From the NCBI GenBank assembly GCA_965217585.1, contig OZ244561.1, positions 1,984,001 to 2,048,000 on the forward strand: a stretch of DNA of 64,000 nucleotides, read 5' to 3'. Positions 47,393-58,873 of this stretch are shown one piece after another. Every line of letters begins with the position of its first letter. Position 1 is the stretch's first letter. A program made the position numbers and the translations under genes. This DNA is from Candidatus Latescibacterota bacterium (GTDB lineage: Bacteria; Latescibacterota; UBA2968; UBA8231). The notes beneath the pieces are model-generated. The model had not been told where the DNA came from and did no database searches. It saw only the letters and a list, made by a program, of their open reading frames with translations.

Positions 47393-48226
47393 TCAAGCCC
47401 AGACGTAGATCTCGTCGTCGTCCGGGGACATGGCAAAGAAGATGGCCAGCACCGCCCGGGGCTGGTCGCCGACGACGGCGGGCACCTCGTGGACGTTTTC
47501 GCTAAAAAAGAAATAGAGGTCGCCGGGTTCGAGCTGGACCTGGACGCGCTCGATGCCCTCGCGGGCGACGTAGGCAGCAAATCGCTCGCGTCCCAGATGT
47601 TCTGTTAGCTCGGGGCGAAAGGGACAGTTGTACAGGTACGGCTCACCCGTGCCGCCTTCCTTAGTGCTGTTCTGAAAGCAAAGCACCCCAGCAAACTGGT
47701 GTTTGAAGCGCGAAATCTGGTATTCAAGAGCCTTAGTGCGCTTGGCAACGGAGTCGTAGTGCGGGCCGTGGCCGGTTTCCCGGTGATAGACGCGGAAGAT
47801 GGCCGGGCCGTAGAGGCGACCGTCCGGCTCGCGGGCGGTCTTGACCGCTTTGCCGGGCGCTAGCTGGGCGAGGGCGTCGTACATAGTGCGGACCGGATCG
47901 TCATAGCCGTCGAAGAGGGTCTCAAACAACGCCAGCGTCGCTGTGGAGTGGGCGTGGAATTGGTCGCGCTCGCGGTGATGGTGGCCAAAACTAGTGCCAA
48001 TATCGACGCGACGCGCTTGGCCCTCGCCGACCTCGTGGGGATCGTAGAGCAGGCTGCGCTCGTAGAAGCGCCGCATCAGCGCTCGGCAATGGGCAGGGTT
48101 GTAGTGCTGACGCAGCACGAAAGCCGGTACCTCGCCGCGCGCTAGGGCCATCAGCGGCTCGGGATGCTGGGCGAGGATCTCGGGGATGGGGGCTTCGAAT
48201 GGGGTCCAGGTTTGGGAGGTTGTCAT
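47393..48226 (-). CDS. 2OG-Fe(II) oxygenase family protein
   Basis: FRVY..HYD and PGDLYFF...VHEVPAV..PR motifs. Confidence 0.7.
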   Translation of the reverse strand: MTTSQTWTPFEAPIPEILAQHPEPLMALARGEVPAFVLRQHYNPAHCRALMRRFYERSLLYDPHEVGEGQARRVDIGTSFGHHHRERDQFHAHSTATLALFETLFDGYDDPVRTMYDALAQLAPGKAVKTAREPDGRLYGPAIFRVYHRETGHGPHYDSVAKRTKALEYQISRFKHQFAGVLCFQNSTKEGGTGEPYLYNCPFRPELTEHLGRERFAAYVAREGIERVQVQLEPGDLYFFFSENVHEVPAVVGDQPRAVLAIFFAMSPDDDEIYVWA

Positions 48227-48302
48227 GGCGGGGAATTTAATATGCGTCGCGGGCTGAGTCCACACGGACTATTCGCGCTACACCAAACCAGGGGCTTGTA
48301 AC

Positions 48303-49292
48303 GTGGAATATCGAAAATTGGGCACTGCGGATATCGAAGTATCGGCAATGGCGCTCGGCTGCTGGCCTTTCGCCGGTGGGATGGTCTGGGGTGAGCAGGA
48401 TGAGGGTGAGTCGATTGCGACGGTGCGCGCGGCGCTCGACGCGGGGATCAACTTCTTCGACACGGCCGAGGGCTATGAGGAGGGGCACTCCGAACGCGTG
48501 CTCGGACGCGGTCTGGCCGGTCAGCGCCAGCAGGTGGTCATCGCCAGCAAGGTGAGCCCGAATCACCTGACCCCGGAGGGGATCGCGGCCGCCTGCGAGC
48601 AGAGTTTAGAGAATTTGCAGACGGACTACATCGATCTCTACCAGATCCACTGGCCCAATCACGATATCCCGATCGACACATCCTGGCGCGCGTTAGAGGA
48701 TCTGCTGGCGGCCGGGAAGGTGCGCGCACTGGGGGTGGCGAACTTCGCCAGCGACGATCTGGCCGATCTGGTCGCGGTGGGTCGGCCGGCGGCGGATCAG
48801 TTGCCCTATAGTTTGCTGTGGCGGGCGATCGAGTTCGAGGTCCTGGCGCGCTGCCGCGAGCGGGATATAGGGCTGATCTGCTACGCGCCGCTGGCGCAGG
48901 GGCTGCTGACGGGAAGATACGCGGCGGCGGACCAGGTGCCGGACGGGCTGGCGCGGACGAGGTGGTATGCGGGCAGTCGGCCGCTGGCCAAACACGGCGA
49001 GCCCGGCTGCGAAGAGGCGGTGTTTCACGCCATCGCGGGGATTCGCGATGTCAGCGAACGGGTCGGCGCGCCGCTGGCGCGCGTGGCGCTGGCGTGGGTG
49101 CTCAAGCAGCGGGGGGTGACATCGCTATTGGTGGGAGCGCGGAATCCGGATGAACTAGCACGCAACCTGCCGGCGCTGGCGCTGGATTTGGACGCGGCGA
49201 CCATTGCCGAACTGGAGCGGCTGACCGAGCCGGTCAAAGAGGCGATCGGGCGAAATCTGGATATGTGGTTTGCGGAGTCGCGGATGCGGTGA
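48303..49292 (+). CDS. Aldo/keto reductase
   Basis: GINFFDTAEGY, IASK, DYIDLYQIHWP and YAPLAQGLLTG motifs. Confidence 0.92.
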   Translation: MEYRKLGTADIEVSAMALGCWPFAGGMVWGEQDEGESIATVRAALDAGINFFDTAEGYEEGHSERVLGRGLAGQRQQVVIASKVSPNHLTPEGIAAACEQSLENLQTDYIDLYQIHWPNHDIPIDTSWRALEDLLAAGKVRALGVANFASDDLADLVAVGRPAADQLPYSLLWRAIEFEVLARCRERDIGLICYAPLAQGLLTGRYAAADQVPDGLARTRWYAGSRPLAKHGEPGCEEAVFHAIAGIRDVSERVGAPLARVALAWVLKQRGVTSLLVGARNPDELARNLPALALDLDAATIAELERLTEPVKEAIGRNLDMWFAESRMR

Positions 49293-49333
49293 AGCGGGCG
49301 TCAGTACGCCAGCCCGATCAGACGCAGCGAATC

Positions 49334-50956
49334 CTACTCGTCCTCTCCGTCCTCTATCGCCTCGAGATCAAATGCCGCCGCGATCAACGCCCGCGTGTAG
49401 GTCTCTTGTGGCGCGGCGAAAACCTCCTGCGTCGGTCCCTGCTCGACTACCAACCCCTCCTTCATCACGATTAGCTCGCTAGCCAGGGCGCGGACGACCT
49501 TGAGGTCGTGACTGATGAACAAATAGGCCAAGCCGTGGCGCTCTTGCAGTTGCAGCAGCAGCTCGACGATCTGGGCCTGCACCGTCTTGTCCAAGGCGCT
49601 GGTCGGTTCGTCGAGGACCACCAAGCGCGGCTTGAGGGCCATGGCGCGGGCGATGGCGATGCGCTGGCGTTGGCCGCCGGAGAACTCGTGCGGGTAGCGG
49701 TCCATGGTCAGCGGGTCCAGGTCGACTTCGGCCATGGTCTCGGCTACTAGCTGCCGGCGCTGGTGGTAGTCGCCGCCGATTGCGTGAATCAGCAGGCCCT
49801 CCTCGATGATCTGAAAGGCCGAGAGGCGCGGGCTCAGCGAGGCGAAGGGATCCTGGAAGACGATCTGCATCTGCCGACGCAGCGGGCGGATCTGCTTTTG
49901 CTGCCAGCCTTGGATATCGCGGCCGGCGAATTCGATCGGCCCCGCGCTGGCGACTAGCCGCAAGAGCGCCTGACCGAGGGTGGTCTTGCCCGAGCCGGAT
50001 TCGCCGACGATGCCGACGGTCTGCCCCGCGCGGATGCTGAGCGAAATTCCATCGACTGCTTTTACATGGGCCACGGTGCGGCGCAGCAGACCGCGCTTGA
50101 TGGGAAAGTGGACCTTGAGGTTGTGGGTGCGGATGACTTCGGGCGCTGTCTCGTCAATCGGGGCTGGTTCGCCCTCGGGCTCGGCGGCTAGGAGCGTGCG
50201 GGTATAGGGGTGTTGCGGAGCGGTGAAGAGAGCCTCGGCGGTATTGTGTTCGACGATCTCGCCGTTGGTCATCACATAGACGCGATCGGCCATGTGGCGG
50301 ACGATGCCCAGATCGTGGGTGATTAGCAGAATCGCCATGCCCAAGCGGGCCTGCAAGTCCTTGAGCAGGGCGAGGATCTGCGCCTGGATCGTCACATCTA
50401 GCGCGGTGGTCGGCTCGTCGGCGATGAGCAGGTCGGGTTCGTTGGCCAAGGCCATGGCGATCATCACCCGCTGGCGCTGACCGCCCGATAGCTGGTGCGG
50501 CCAAGCGTCTAGGCGCTCCTCGACATTGGGGAGGCCAACCAGCCCTAAAAGCTCTATCGCGCGGGCGCGAGCTTCCGCGCGGCTCAGGCCCCGATGCAGA
50601 ATGAGCGTTTCGCACAATTGCTTCTCGATGGAGTGCAGCGGGTTGAGCGAGGTCATCGGCTCTTGGAAAACCATCGCGACGCGGTTTCCGCGCAATTCCT
50701 GCAACCGCGCCGACGCCGCGCCCAACAGCTCTTCGCCGTCGAAGCGGACGCTGCCGTGGGGATGGCTGGCGCGCGGATAGGGCAACAGTTGCAGCACCGA
50801 GAGTGCGGTCACCGACTTGCCCGAGCCGGACTCGCCGACTAGGGCCACGGTCTCGCCCCGCTCGATCTTAAGCGAGGCGCTGCGCACCGCTTCGATATCG
50901 CCTTCCTCCCCGAGGTGAAAACGCACGCCCAGATTTTCGATCGCCAACAAGCTCAT
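49334..50956 (-). CDS. yejF: Peptide ABC transporter ATPase with a duplicated NBD
   Basis: Two GESGSGK Walker A motifs, LSGGQRQR and FSGGQRQR; start MSLLAIENL; operon context. Confidence 0.9.
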   Translation of the reverse strand: MSLLAIENLGVRFHLGEEGDIEAVRSASLKIERGETVALVGESGSGKSVTALSVLQLLPYPRASHPHGSVRFDGEELLGAASARLQELRGNRVAMVFQEPMTSLNPLHSIEKQLCETLILHRGLSRAEARARAIELLGLVGLPNVEERLDAWPHQLSGGQRQRVMIAMALANEPDLLIADEPTTALDVTIQAQILALLKDLQARLGMAILLITHDLGIVRHMADRVYVMTNGEIVEHNTAEALFTAPQHPYTRTLLAAEPEGEPAPIDETAPEVIRTHNLKVHFPIKRGLLRRTVAHVKAVDGISLSIRAGQTVGIVGESGSGKTTLGQALLRLVASAGPIEFAGRDIQGWQQKQIRPLRRQMQIVFQDPFASLSPRLSAFQIIEEGLLIHAIGGDYHQRRQLVAETMAEVDLDPLTMDRYPHEFSGGQRQRIAIARAMALKPRLVVLDEPTSALDKTVQAQIVELLLQLQERHGLAYLFISHDLKVVRALASELIVMKEGLVVEQGPTQEVFAAPQETYTRALIAAAFDLEAIEDGEDE

Positions 50957-52041
50957 GCGCCTTCCTCCCCGGCGTAGGTCTTGCGCGGATCGAAGGCGTC
51001 GCGCACCGCCTCGCCGATAAAGACCAACAGCGACAGCATTGCCGCCAGCGCGAAAAAGGCCGTAAAACCCAGCCACGGGGCTTGGAGGTTGCGCTTGCCT
51101 TGGTTGAGCAGTTCGCCCAGCGACGGCGAGCCGGGCGGCAGGCCAAAGCCGAGGAAGTCGAGCGAGGTCAGCACTGCTACCGAGCCGGTGAGCACAAAGG
51201 GCAAAAACGTCAGGGTCGAGACCATGGCGTTGGGCAGCACATGCCGCCACATGATGCGGCGATCGCTCTGGCCGAGGGCGCGGGCGGCTTTGACGAAGTC
51301 GAAGTTGCGCGCCCGCAAGAATTCGGCCCGCACGACCCCGACCAAGCCCATCCAGCGAAACAGCAGCAACAAGCCGAGCAGCCACCAGAAATTCGGCTCG
51401 ACGACGCTGGCGAGGATGATCAGTAGATAGAGCAGCGGCAAGCCCTGCCAGATCTCGATGAAGCGCTGGAAGAGCAAGTCGATCCAGCCGCCGAAGTACC
51501 CTTGGACCGCGCCAGCGGCAATGCCGACCGCGGCGCTGAACAGCGTCAGCATCAGGCCGAAGAGTACTGAGATGCGGTAGCCGTAGAGGACTCGCGCCAC
51601 CACGTCGCGCGCTTGGTCGTCCGTGCCGAGCCAGTTTTCGGCGTCGGGCGGGGAAGGTGCCGGCTGCTTGAGGTCGTAGTTGACGGTGTCGTAGCTATAG
51701 GACACCAGCGGCCACAAGATCCAGCCCTTTGCCTCGATTAGCTCCTCGACGAAGGGGTCGCGGTATTCGGCCTCGGTCGCAAAATCGCCGCCAAAAATCG
51801 TTTCGGGGTACGTCGCGAGGACTGGGAAGTAATAGCTGCCATCGAACCGAACGACCAGCGGACGGTCGTTGGCGATGAACTCAGCCGGCAGGCTCAGGAC
51901 GAAGAGGCCCCAAAAGATCCAGAAACTCCAAAAGCCGCGGCGGTTGCGGCGAAAATTGGCCAGCCGGCGTTGATTGAGCCGCGAAAGCTGCATGCCCAGC
52001 AAGCGCGTCGGAGGGAGCGGTGGGGCGGATGCGGCACTCAT
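50953..52041 (-). CDS. yejE: Peptide ABC transporter permease
   Basis: [34 protein letters not shown] and [14 protein letters not shown] motifs. Confidence 0.9.
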   Translation of the reverse strand: MSAASAPPLPPTRLLGMQLSRLNQRRLANFRRNRRGFWSFWIFWGLFVLSLPAEFIANDRPLVVRFDGSYYFPVLATYPETIFGGDFATEAEYRDPFVEELIEAKGWILWPLVSYSYDTVNYDLKQPAPSPPDAENWLGTDDQARDVVARVLYGYRISVLFGLMLTLFSAAVGIAAGAVQGYFGGWIDLLFQRFIEIWQGLPLLYLLIILASVVEPNFWWLLGLLLLFRWMGLVGVVRAEFLRARNFDFVKAARALGQSDRRIMWRHVLPNAMVSTLTFLPFVLTGSVAVLTSLDFLGFGLPPGSPSLGELLNQGKRNLQAPWLGFTAFFALAAMLSLLVFIGEAVRDAFDPRKTYAGEEGA

Positions 52042-53141
52042 GATTCGCGGCTTTCAAAGTCGATGCGGCGGTCGACCAGCGTGTAGGTCAAATCGCCCAC
52101 CAACTGCATCAGCATACCTAGCAACGTGAAGAAATACAGCGTGGCGAACATCACCGGGTAATCGCGGCCAATAGCCGCCTCGTAGCCCAACAAACCCAAC
52201 CCGTCCAACGAGAAGATGATTTCCGTCAGCAGCGCACCGGTGAAGAAGATATCGACGAAAGCACTGGGAAAGCCGGCGATGACGATCAGCATGGCGTTGC
52301 GGAAGACGTGGCCGTAGAGCACCCGGTTTTCGCTCAGGCCCTTGGCGCGGGCGGTGGTGACATAGAGCTTGTTGATTTCGTCTAGAAAGGAGTTTTTGGT
52401 CAGCAAGGTCAGCCCGGCGAAGCCGCCGATGACCATCGCGGTGACCGGCAAGGCGAGGTGCCAGAAGTAGTCGGCGATTTTGGCGAGGGGGGTCAGTTCA
52501 TCCCAATTAGACGAGGTCAGGCCGCGCAGCGGAAACCAGTCTAAATAATGCCCACCGGCAAAGACCACGATCAGCAGAATGGCAAAGAGGAAGCTGGGGA
52601 TGGCGTAGCCGACGATGACCAGCCCCGAGGTCCAGACATCGAAGCGCGAGCCATCGCGCACGGCTTTGGCGATCCCTAGGGGAATAGAAATGAAATAGAC
52701 CAGCAGCGTGGTCCACAGCCCCAGCGAAATCGAGACCGGCATCTTCTCCTTGATCAAGTCAACGACCCGTTGGTCGCGGTAAAAGCTCTCGCCGAAGTCG
52801 AAGCGCACGTACTGGCCGATCATCTGCAAGAAGCGCTCGTGGACCGGCTTGTCGAAGCCGTACATGCGTTCGAGCTCGGCGATCAACTCGGGATCGAGCC
52901 CTTGGGCACCGCGATATTTGCTGCTGATCTCGCTGCCTTGAGCCGCGTCGGTGTCGAGGGTCTCGCCCATGCCCGAGCCGCTGACCCGCTCGGTGGCGTC
53001 GGTGCCAAAGCCCTGAATCACCGCGATAGTGCGCTCGACCGGGCCGCCCGGGGCCGCTTGGATGATGAGGAAGTTGATGGTCATAATGCCGAAGAGGGTC
53101 GGCACCATCAACAACAGGCGGCGGAGGATATAAGCGCCCAT
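52038..53141 (-). CDS. yejB: Peptide ABC transporter permease
   Basis: [42 protein letters not shown] and TKNSFLDEI motifs. Confidence 0.92.
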   Translation of the reverse strand: MGAYILRRLLLMVPTLFGIMTINFLIIQAAPGGPVERTIAVIQGFGTDATERVSGSGMGETLDTDAAQGSEISSKYRGAQGLDPELIAELERMYGFDKPVHERFLQMIGQYVRFDFGESFYRDQRVVDLIKEKMPVSISLGLWTTLLVYFISIPLGIAKAVRDGSRFDVWTSGLVIVGYAIPSFLFAILLIVVFAGGHYLDWFPLRGLTSSNWDELTPLAKIADYFWHLALPVTAMVIGGFAGLTLLTKNSFLDEINKLYVTTARAKGLSENRVLYGHVFRNAMLIVIAGFPSAFVDIFFTGALLTEIIFSLDGLGLLGYEAAIGRDYPVMFATLYFFTLLGMLMQLVGDLTYTLVDRRIDFESRES

Positions 53142-53151
53142 AAAAGCGGCG

Positions 53152-54990
53152 CTAACGGCCCTGTTCCAGACGCGCCGCCTTTTCTTCGTCGTACCACCAA
53201 GTGTAGGGCATGACAAAGTAGTCGCCGGTATAGGGAGCGGAGAAGGCGGGTTTGCCGAATTTGTCCCAGTGGACCACGCGGAAATTGTCGCTGTACCAGT
53301 GCGGGATGGTGTAGTGCCCCCACAGCAATACCCGGTCCAGCGCCCGGGTCGTCGCCACCAGTTCGGCGCGGCTAGGAGCCTCGATCAAGCGATCGACAAG
53401 CGCATCGACGACCGGATCTTTGATGCCGGCGACGTTGCCGCTGCCCGGCTGGTCCGAGACGGCGCTAGTCCAGTTGTTGCGCTGCTCATTGCCGGGGCTG
53501 TGGCTCTGGCCTCGGACTATAACGATGATGTCGTAGTCAAATGTCTGGAGCCTGTTTTGATACTGGGTCTGATCGACGGTGCGGATCGTCGCTTTGACGC
53601 CGAGGCGTTCGAGGTTGGGGAGCATCGGCGCGACAATGCGTTCCCACGACGAGCTGGAGAGCAAAAATTCGATTTTCATGACCTCGCCGGTCTCGGCGTG
53701 GGTCAGGACATCATCGACAACTACCCAGCCCGCCGCTTGCAACAGCTTTTGGGCGGTGCGCAGGTTTTGGCGGACCTGGCCCGAGCCGTCGGTGGCGGGC
53801 GGCTGAAGCTCAGTAGTGAAGAGTTCGTCGGGGATGCGGCCTCGGTACTCCTCTAGGATTTCTAGCTCCCGGCCCGAGGGCAAGCCCGCAGCGGCCAACT
53901 CCGAATTGGCGAAGTAGCTCTTGCTGCGGGTATAGAGACCGTAGAACAAATTCTTGTTGGTCCACTCAAAGTCAAAGGCGTAGCCGAGGGCTTGCCGCAC
54001 TCGGGGATCTGAAAATTTGGCGCGGCGCGTGTTGAACCAAAAAGCCTGCATCCCGGCGGCGCGCCGATGGGGTAGTGGATCCTTGACCAGCTCGCCAGTG
54101 GCTAAGGCCGCTCCCTCGTAGGCTGTTGACCAGTCCTTGGACGAGCTTTCGCGGCGATAGTCGAATTCACCGGCCTTGAGCGCTTCGATAGCCACGGTCT
54201 GGTCGCGGTAGTAGTCAAAGTGGATGCGGTCGAAGTTGAAGCGGCCCTTGTTGACGGGCAGATCGCGGCCCCAGTAATCATCGACGCGCTCGTAGGTTAT
54301 GGAGCGCCCGGCCTCGACCGCGGCAATTCGGTAGGGACCACTACCCAGCGGCGGGTCGAGCGTGGTTTCCTCGAAGTTGCGGCTCTCCCAGTAGTGTTTG
54401 GGCAGGATGGACATCTGACCAGCGATCACCGGCAGTTCTTTGTTGGTCTCTCCACTGAAGATCAACCGGACTTGGCGCGCTGCGACTTTTTCGGCTGTCT
54501 CAATAGCCGCAAAGTAGTTGCGCAGCCCGGGATGCCCCTTGGTCTTATAGGTCTCTAGCGAGAAAATAACGTCCTCGGGGGTTATGGGCCTGCCGTCGTG
54601 CCAGCGCGCCTCCGGCCTCAGGGTGTAGAGTATCCAAGCGTTGTCGGGAGGGACTTCGATGCGCTCGACAAGACGGCCGTATCCGGTGGCGATTTCGTCG
54701 TCGGCGCGTTCGGTGAGGGTGTCGTAGATCAGGCTACCCAGGCGCGGCGGCTCAAGGCCCTTGAGGATATAGGGGTTGAGGTTGTCGAAGGTGCCGATCC
54801 AACCTAAGCGCAGCGTACCGCCCTTCGGGGCGTCGGGATTGGCATATTCAAAATGGGTGAAGTCGGGGCCGTATTTGAGCGTACCGTAGATGGAGATGCC
54901 GTGGCCGACATAGTTGTCGGCACGGGCGGGAAGCGCCGTCAGGATGGCGATTAGAGCGAGCGCGATGCGGCCCTTCAGTTGGACATTCAT
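53152..54990 (-). CDS. yejA: Peptide ABC transporter substrate-binding protein (copy 1)
   Basis: [27 protein letters not shown] and [13 protein letters not shown] motifs. Confidence 0.88.
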   Translation of the reverse strand: MNVQLKGRIALALIAILTALPARADNYVGHGISIYGTLKYGPDFTHFEYANPDAPKGGTLRLGWIGTFDNLNPYILKGLEPPRLGSLIYDTLTERADDEIATGYGRLVERIEVPPDNAWILYTLRPEARWHDGRPITPEDVIFSLETYKTKGHPGLRNYFAAIETAEKVAARQVRLIFSGETNKELPVIAGQMSILPKHYWESRNFEETTLDPPLGSGPYRIAAVEAGRSITYERVDDYWGRDLPVNKGRFNFDRIHFDYYRDQTVAIEALKAGEFDYRRESSSKDWSTAYEGAALATGELVKDPLPHRRAAGMQAFWFNTRRAKFSDPRVRQALGYAFDFEWTNKNLFYGLYTRSKSYFANSELAAAGLPSGRELEILEEYRGRIPDELFTTELQPPATDGSGQVRQNLRTAQKLLQAAGWVVVDDVLTHAETGEVMKIEFLLSSSSWERIVAPMLPNLERLGVKATIRTVDQTQYQNRLQTFDYDIIVIVRGQSHSPGNEQRNNWTSAVSDQPGSGNVAGIKDPVVDALVDRLIEAPSRAELVATTRALDRVLLWGHYTIPHWYSDNFRVVHWDKFGKPAFSAPYTGDYFVMPYTWWYDEEKAARLEQGR

Positions 54991-56807
54991 TTGGATTCTA
55001 AACGCGCTGCTTTTTCCGCGTCCCACCACCAAGTGTCGGGAAAGCCCAGTCCATTGGGGGCCGGCTTTGGCATCCGTCCGAACTTGTTCCAGTAGGCCAA
55101 GCGATAGGAGCGGCTGTGCGAGTCGGGGATTACGTAGTGGCTCCAGAGCAAGATGCGGTCGAGGGCGCGGGTTATCGCGACTTGGGTTGGACGGTCGGGG
55201 GCGGCGATCTGGCGCTCGATCAGCTCGTCGATGACCGGGTCGGCGATGCCGACGTAATTGCGACTACCCGCAGATTGCGCTGCGGTACTCGACCAGAAGT
55301 TGCGCTGCTCATTGCCCGGGCTCAAGGTCTGGCGCCAAGAGGCGACGATGATGTCGAAGTCAAAGTCTTGGACGCGGTTTTGGTACTGGGCCGCGTCCAC
55401 GGTGCGGATAGTTGCCTCAATGCCGAGGCGTTCGAGGTTTTGCACGGTGGGGCTGAGGACGCGCTCGTACGACGAGGACCCGAGCAAGAATTCAAAGCGC
55501 ATTACCTCGTCAGTCTCGGCGTGGATCAGCTTCCCATCGACGACGGTCCAGCCGGCTTCGGTGAGCAGTTTTTTAGCCGTGCGCAAGTTTTGGCGGAGCT
55601 GGCCCGAGCCATTGGTAGCTGGCGGCACATAGGCAGTGGTAAACACCTCGTCGGGGATCCGCCCCCGGTACGCCTCCAAAATTTCCAACTCTCGGCCCGA
55701 GGGCAGCCCCGACGACCCGAGGTCTGAGTTGCCCCAATAGCTGCGGCTGCGGGTGAGAAGACCGTAGAACAGGTTCTTGTTGGTCCACTCAAAATCGTAG
55801 GCGTAGGCGAGGGCCTGCCGCACCTTGGGGTCTTTGAACTTGTCGCGCCGGGTGTTGAAGGCAAAGGCCGACATGCCGCGGATGAGCTGGTGTGGGATCT
55901 GCACCTTGATCATCCGCTCTTCGGCGATCGGCGCAAAGTCCTCGTAGTGGGTGGCCCATTCCTTGGAATTGCTCAACAGGCGATAGTCGTACCCCCCTGT
56001 CTTGAAGGCTTCGATAGCCACGGTCTGGTCGCGGTAGTACTCGTAGCGGATGCGGTCGAAGTTGTGGCGGCCCTTGTGCACGGGCAGGTCGCGGCCCCAG
56101 TAGTCTGCGACGCGCTCGTAGGTAATCGAGCGGCCCGGCTCGAACTCGGCGATCTTGTACGGACCACTGCCCAAAGGCGGCTCCAGCGTGGTGGCGGCGA
56201 ATTCGCGCCCTTGCCAATAGTGCTTGGGCAATACGCGCAACTGGCCGATGATCAGCGGCATTTCGCGGTTGGTGCCTTCTTTGAACTCGAACTTCACCTG
56301 GCGCTCATCGAGGGCGAAGACGGTGTCAACGTCGGCGTAGAAGGTGCGAAAGAACGGGATGCCCTTGGTGGTGAGGATCTCGAAGCTGAAGATCACGTCG
56401 GCCGCGGTCACGGGAACGCCGTCGTGCCAGCGCGCTTCAGGGTGGAGCTCGAAGACGACCCAAGAGCGGTCCTCCGGCATCTGCATCTGCGCGGCGAGTT
56501 GGCCGTATTCGGTGAAAGGCTCGTCCTTGGACTTGGTGCAGAGCCGGTTGTAGAGCATCAGCGAACCGGCGGCGGCGACGCCCTTGAGGGTGAAGGGATT
56601 GAGGTTGTCGTAGGTGCCGATGGCGGCGAGGCGGATTTCGCCGCCTTTGGGGGCATCGGGATTGACGTAGTCGAAATGGGTGAAATCAGGTCCGTACTTG
56701 GGATCGCCGTAGAGCGTGAGGGCGTGGGCGCGGAGAACTGTGCTGTCCGCGGCATAGGCCGCTGAGGCGAGGATAAAGCATAGAACTAGTGAGCGCATGG
56801 TCTGCAT
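54987..56807 (-). CDS. yejA: Peptide ABC transporter substrate-binding protein (copy 2)
   Basis: Same motifs as copy 1; signal peptide; stop overlaps the start of copy 1. Confidence 0.88.
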   Translation of the reverse strand: MQTMRSLVLCFILASAAYAADSTVLRAHALTLYGDPKYGPDFTHFDYVNPDAPKGGEIRLAAIGTYDNLNPFTLKGVAAAGSLMLYNRLCTKSKDEPFTEYGQLAAQMQMPEDRSWVVFELHPEARWHDGVPVTAADVIFSFEILTTKGIPFFRTFYADVDTVFALDERQVKFEFKEGTNREMPLIIGQLRVLPKHYWQGREFAATTLEPPLGSGPYKIAEFEPGRSITYERVADYWGRDLPVHKGRHNFDRIRYEYYRDQTVAIEAFKTGGYDYRLLSNSKEWATHYEDFAPIAEERMIKVQIPHQLIRGMSAFAFNTRRDKFKDPKVRQALAYAYDFEWTNKNLFYGLLTRSRSYWGNSDLGSSGLPSGRELEILEAYRGRIPDEVFTTAYVPPATNGSGQLRQNLRTAKKLLTEAGWTVVDGKLIHAETDEVMRFEFLLGSSSYERVLSPTVQNLERLGIEATIRTVDAAQYQNRVQDFDFDIIVASWRQTLSPGNEQRNFWSSTAAQSAGSRNYVGIADPVIDELIERQIAAPDRPTQVAITRALDRILLWSHYVIPDSHSRSYRLAYWNKFGRMPKPAPNGLGFPDTWWWDAEKAARLESK

Positions 56808-56970
56808 CAGAATCGTCGTTTAGTGTGAGGGCGATAAAACGGAGAATTAGCGAGTACATAGACCATAAAATTAACCTGAAAAGGCATTTACGGCCACCGA
56901 CACGGTTGGCCGAAGCGCGGCTCTTTCCTATCTTGCCGACCTATAATTCGCTACCCGAGGAGGACTGCCG

Positions 56971-57768
56971 ATGCTGACGCCCAAACAACAAGAGCACTTT
57001 GACGTCTTTGGCTTTCTCTGCCTGCGCCAAGCGTTTTCCCCGGACGAGATGGCCGAGATTACCCAGGCCGCCGACCAAGTGTGGCGCGAGGATCGAGGCG
57101 GCCAACCCGACGACGGCCAGCACCAGGGCCTTGCGCCTTTTGCCGAGCGAAATCCCCGACTTTTAGACTTAGCCGAGGACGACCGCATTTTCCAAGTAGT
57201 CGCCGACCTTTTAGGACCCGATTTCCTGTGGTCGGGATCAGAGGGCAACAAGGAGGGACATACCGAGAAGGGGGAGCACAACTGGCACGCGGATCGGCCG
57301 GGAGCTGCAGAGACCGAGTATCGGCGGCTCAAGGTGATGATTTACCTGACGCCTACCACCAAAGAGCAGGGCGCGCTGCGGGTGATCCCCGGTTCGCACC
57401 GCATGCCCTTCCACGAGTGGTTGTGGCCCTTGCAGGACCATCACTTCAAGGACGGCACGATCGGCGATAGCTTCGGGGCGAGGGGCGAGGACATCCCTTT
57501 CTGCGCGCTGGAAATAATGCCCGGCGACGTGGTCTTTTTTCACCACAGCCTCTTCCACGCGGCCTACGGCAAGTTTCCCGAGCGGCGCTACGTTGCCTTC
57601 AAGTTCGTCACCCGGCCCGACACCGAGGCCAAGCTGCGGTCCATGCAGCGCTACGCAGCCTACGCCTTCGACGTCGATCCGGCACTCCTCGCAAGGCCCC
57701 GGCTACGGTCCATTGCAGAGGATCTGATCGCATTAGGGCAGCAGGCGAAGGCTTTAACAGATCAATAG
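56971..57768 (+). CDS. PhyH family dioxygenase
   Basis: GAGGAGG RBS; FDVFGFL, WHAD, GALRVIPGSH and FHAA..RR motifs. Confidence 0.88.
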   Translation: MLTPKQQEHFDVFGFLCLRQAFSPDEMAEITQAADQVWREDRGGQPDDGQHQGLAPFAERNPRLLDLAEDDRIFQVVADLLGPDFLWSGSEGNKEGHTEKGEHNWHADRPGAAETEYRRLKVMIYLTPTTKEQGALRVIPGSHRMPFHEWLWPLQDHHFKDGTIGDSFGARGEDIPFCALEIMPGDVVFFHHSLFHAAYGKFPERRYVAFKFVTRPDTEAKLRSMQRYAAYAFDVDPALLARPRLRSIAEDLIALGQQAKALTDQ

Positions 57769-57781
57769 GGCATCTTAGGCG

Positions 57782-57810
57782 TTGACAGGATTCTCCCGTT
57801 CCGCTAGCTT
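57782..57810 (+). promoter_or_regulatory. Possible sigma70 promoter
   Basis: TTGACA-17 bp-TAGCTT. Confidence 0.5.
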
Positions 57811-57850
57811 CAAATCCATCCTTTAGTCTGTCCACTTCCAACGCAAACCA

Positions 57851-58192
57851 ATGTGGCTCAGTCAATTAGGAGAATGGGAAATAAGGCGCGGCGGCGGGAA
57901 GTGGCACGCTGCGGTTGTAGAACTTTATGAGGATAGTGGTCGTGAGGCCCACCGAGTGCTGCGCGATCGAGGTGTATTGATCGTAAAGTGTCAAGATGAG
58001 GTCAGCGCGAACCGCCAGAACCTGACCCACGTTGAGATCATCAACGCCTATGCCAAGCTTGGATTCTTCTGCAAAGATCTATTCGTTGTCGTCCGCCCAA
58101 ACAAACCTGGAATGAGCCGCGTTCTCAAACAGGTCCACGCGAGAAAGAACCATTCCTACTTTCTTGTATTCGTAAAGATCCTAATTTTTTGA
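57851..58192 (+). pseudogene. C-terminal fragment of a DNA methyltransferase-like gene
   Basis: [18 protein letters not shown] and [14 protein letters not shown] motifs; no DPPY or SAM-binding motif in the fragment. Confidence 0.55.
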
Positions 58193-58200
58193 AAGACCTC

Positions 58201-58398
58201 TTAGCCTTTGGGCCGACTGCGCTCCTTGGCCTGCTGGAGGATGTTCTTAGCTGTCACGAGGGTTTTTACTGGGCGGGGCACGGCCACTGAGGCCCCCGTC
58301 GTGCCGTGCTTCCATTTCTGGTGCTTGCCGGTGCTCACCCAAGTATAGCCTAGGGCTGTTAGCCGACCCGTAAGCCAGCGATAGTAGTCCTCGCCCAC
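58201..58398 (-). CDS. HicA-like toxin (dsRBD fold)
   Basis: 65 aa; LGYTWVSTGKHQKWKH...VAVP...AKNILQQA. Confidence 0.7.
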   Translation of the reverse strand: MGEDYYRWLTGRLTALGYTWVSTGKHQKWKHGTTGASVAVPRPVKTLVTAKNILQQAKERSRPKG

Positions 58399-58399
58399 G

Positions 58400-58774
58400 C
58401 TAGGCTAGTGCCCTGTCGCGGCTACCGCCTCGCTCTACTTGCACGGGCTCCGCAACAGGGATGTCGGGCATCGGCAAGACTTGGCCGGTGGAGTCCATAT
58501 GGTTGTCCCGCAACAGGTCGGGCGCCATGTCGAGGATGACTTTCCTGAACTCGTCGAGCGTCGCGGCCTCGATAAACAGGCCCTCGACCTCGGTGTACGC
58601 AGTATAAAAGACCTGCGCCTTCTCGTGCCAAGCAGGCTCCACGCGGAAGGAGCCTAGGTCGCTCGCCACTTGGAAGGCTCCGACCTTCTCGTCCCAAGCA
58701 ACGGATACGTTCTGGTCGCTCGCGTCATATTCTAGTGTTCTGTTCATGTCGTCTCTTTCGGAAGACATTTCCAT
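58400..58774 (-). CDS. HicB-like (DUF1902-type) antitoxin
   Basis: W.EKAQVFY...EVEGLFIEAATLDEF...I.DMAPDLL.DN; ends 1 bp before the HicA-like gene. Confidence 0.7.
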   Translation of the reverse strand: MEMSSERDDMNRTLEYDASDQNVSVAWDEKVGAFQVASDLGSFRVEPAWHEKAQVFYTAYTEVEGLFIEAATLDEFRKVILDMAPDLLRDNHMDSTGQVLPMPDIPVAEPVQVERGGSRDRALA

Positions 58775-58873
58775 AATCAGCCTTCATATATGGGGAAGGC
58801 AAAGGTACGGCATTGAAATGCAGTTGGCAAAAAACGCACCTTATCGTCGTCATCGCGAGCGTTCTTGCATTCC

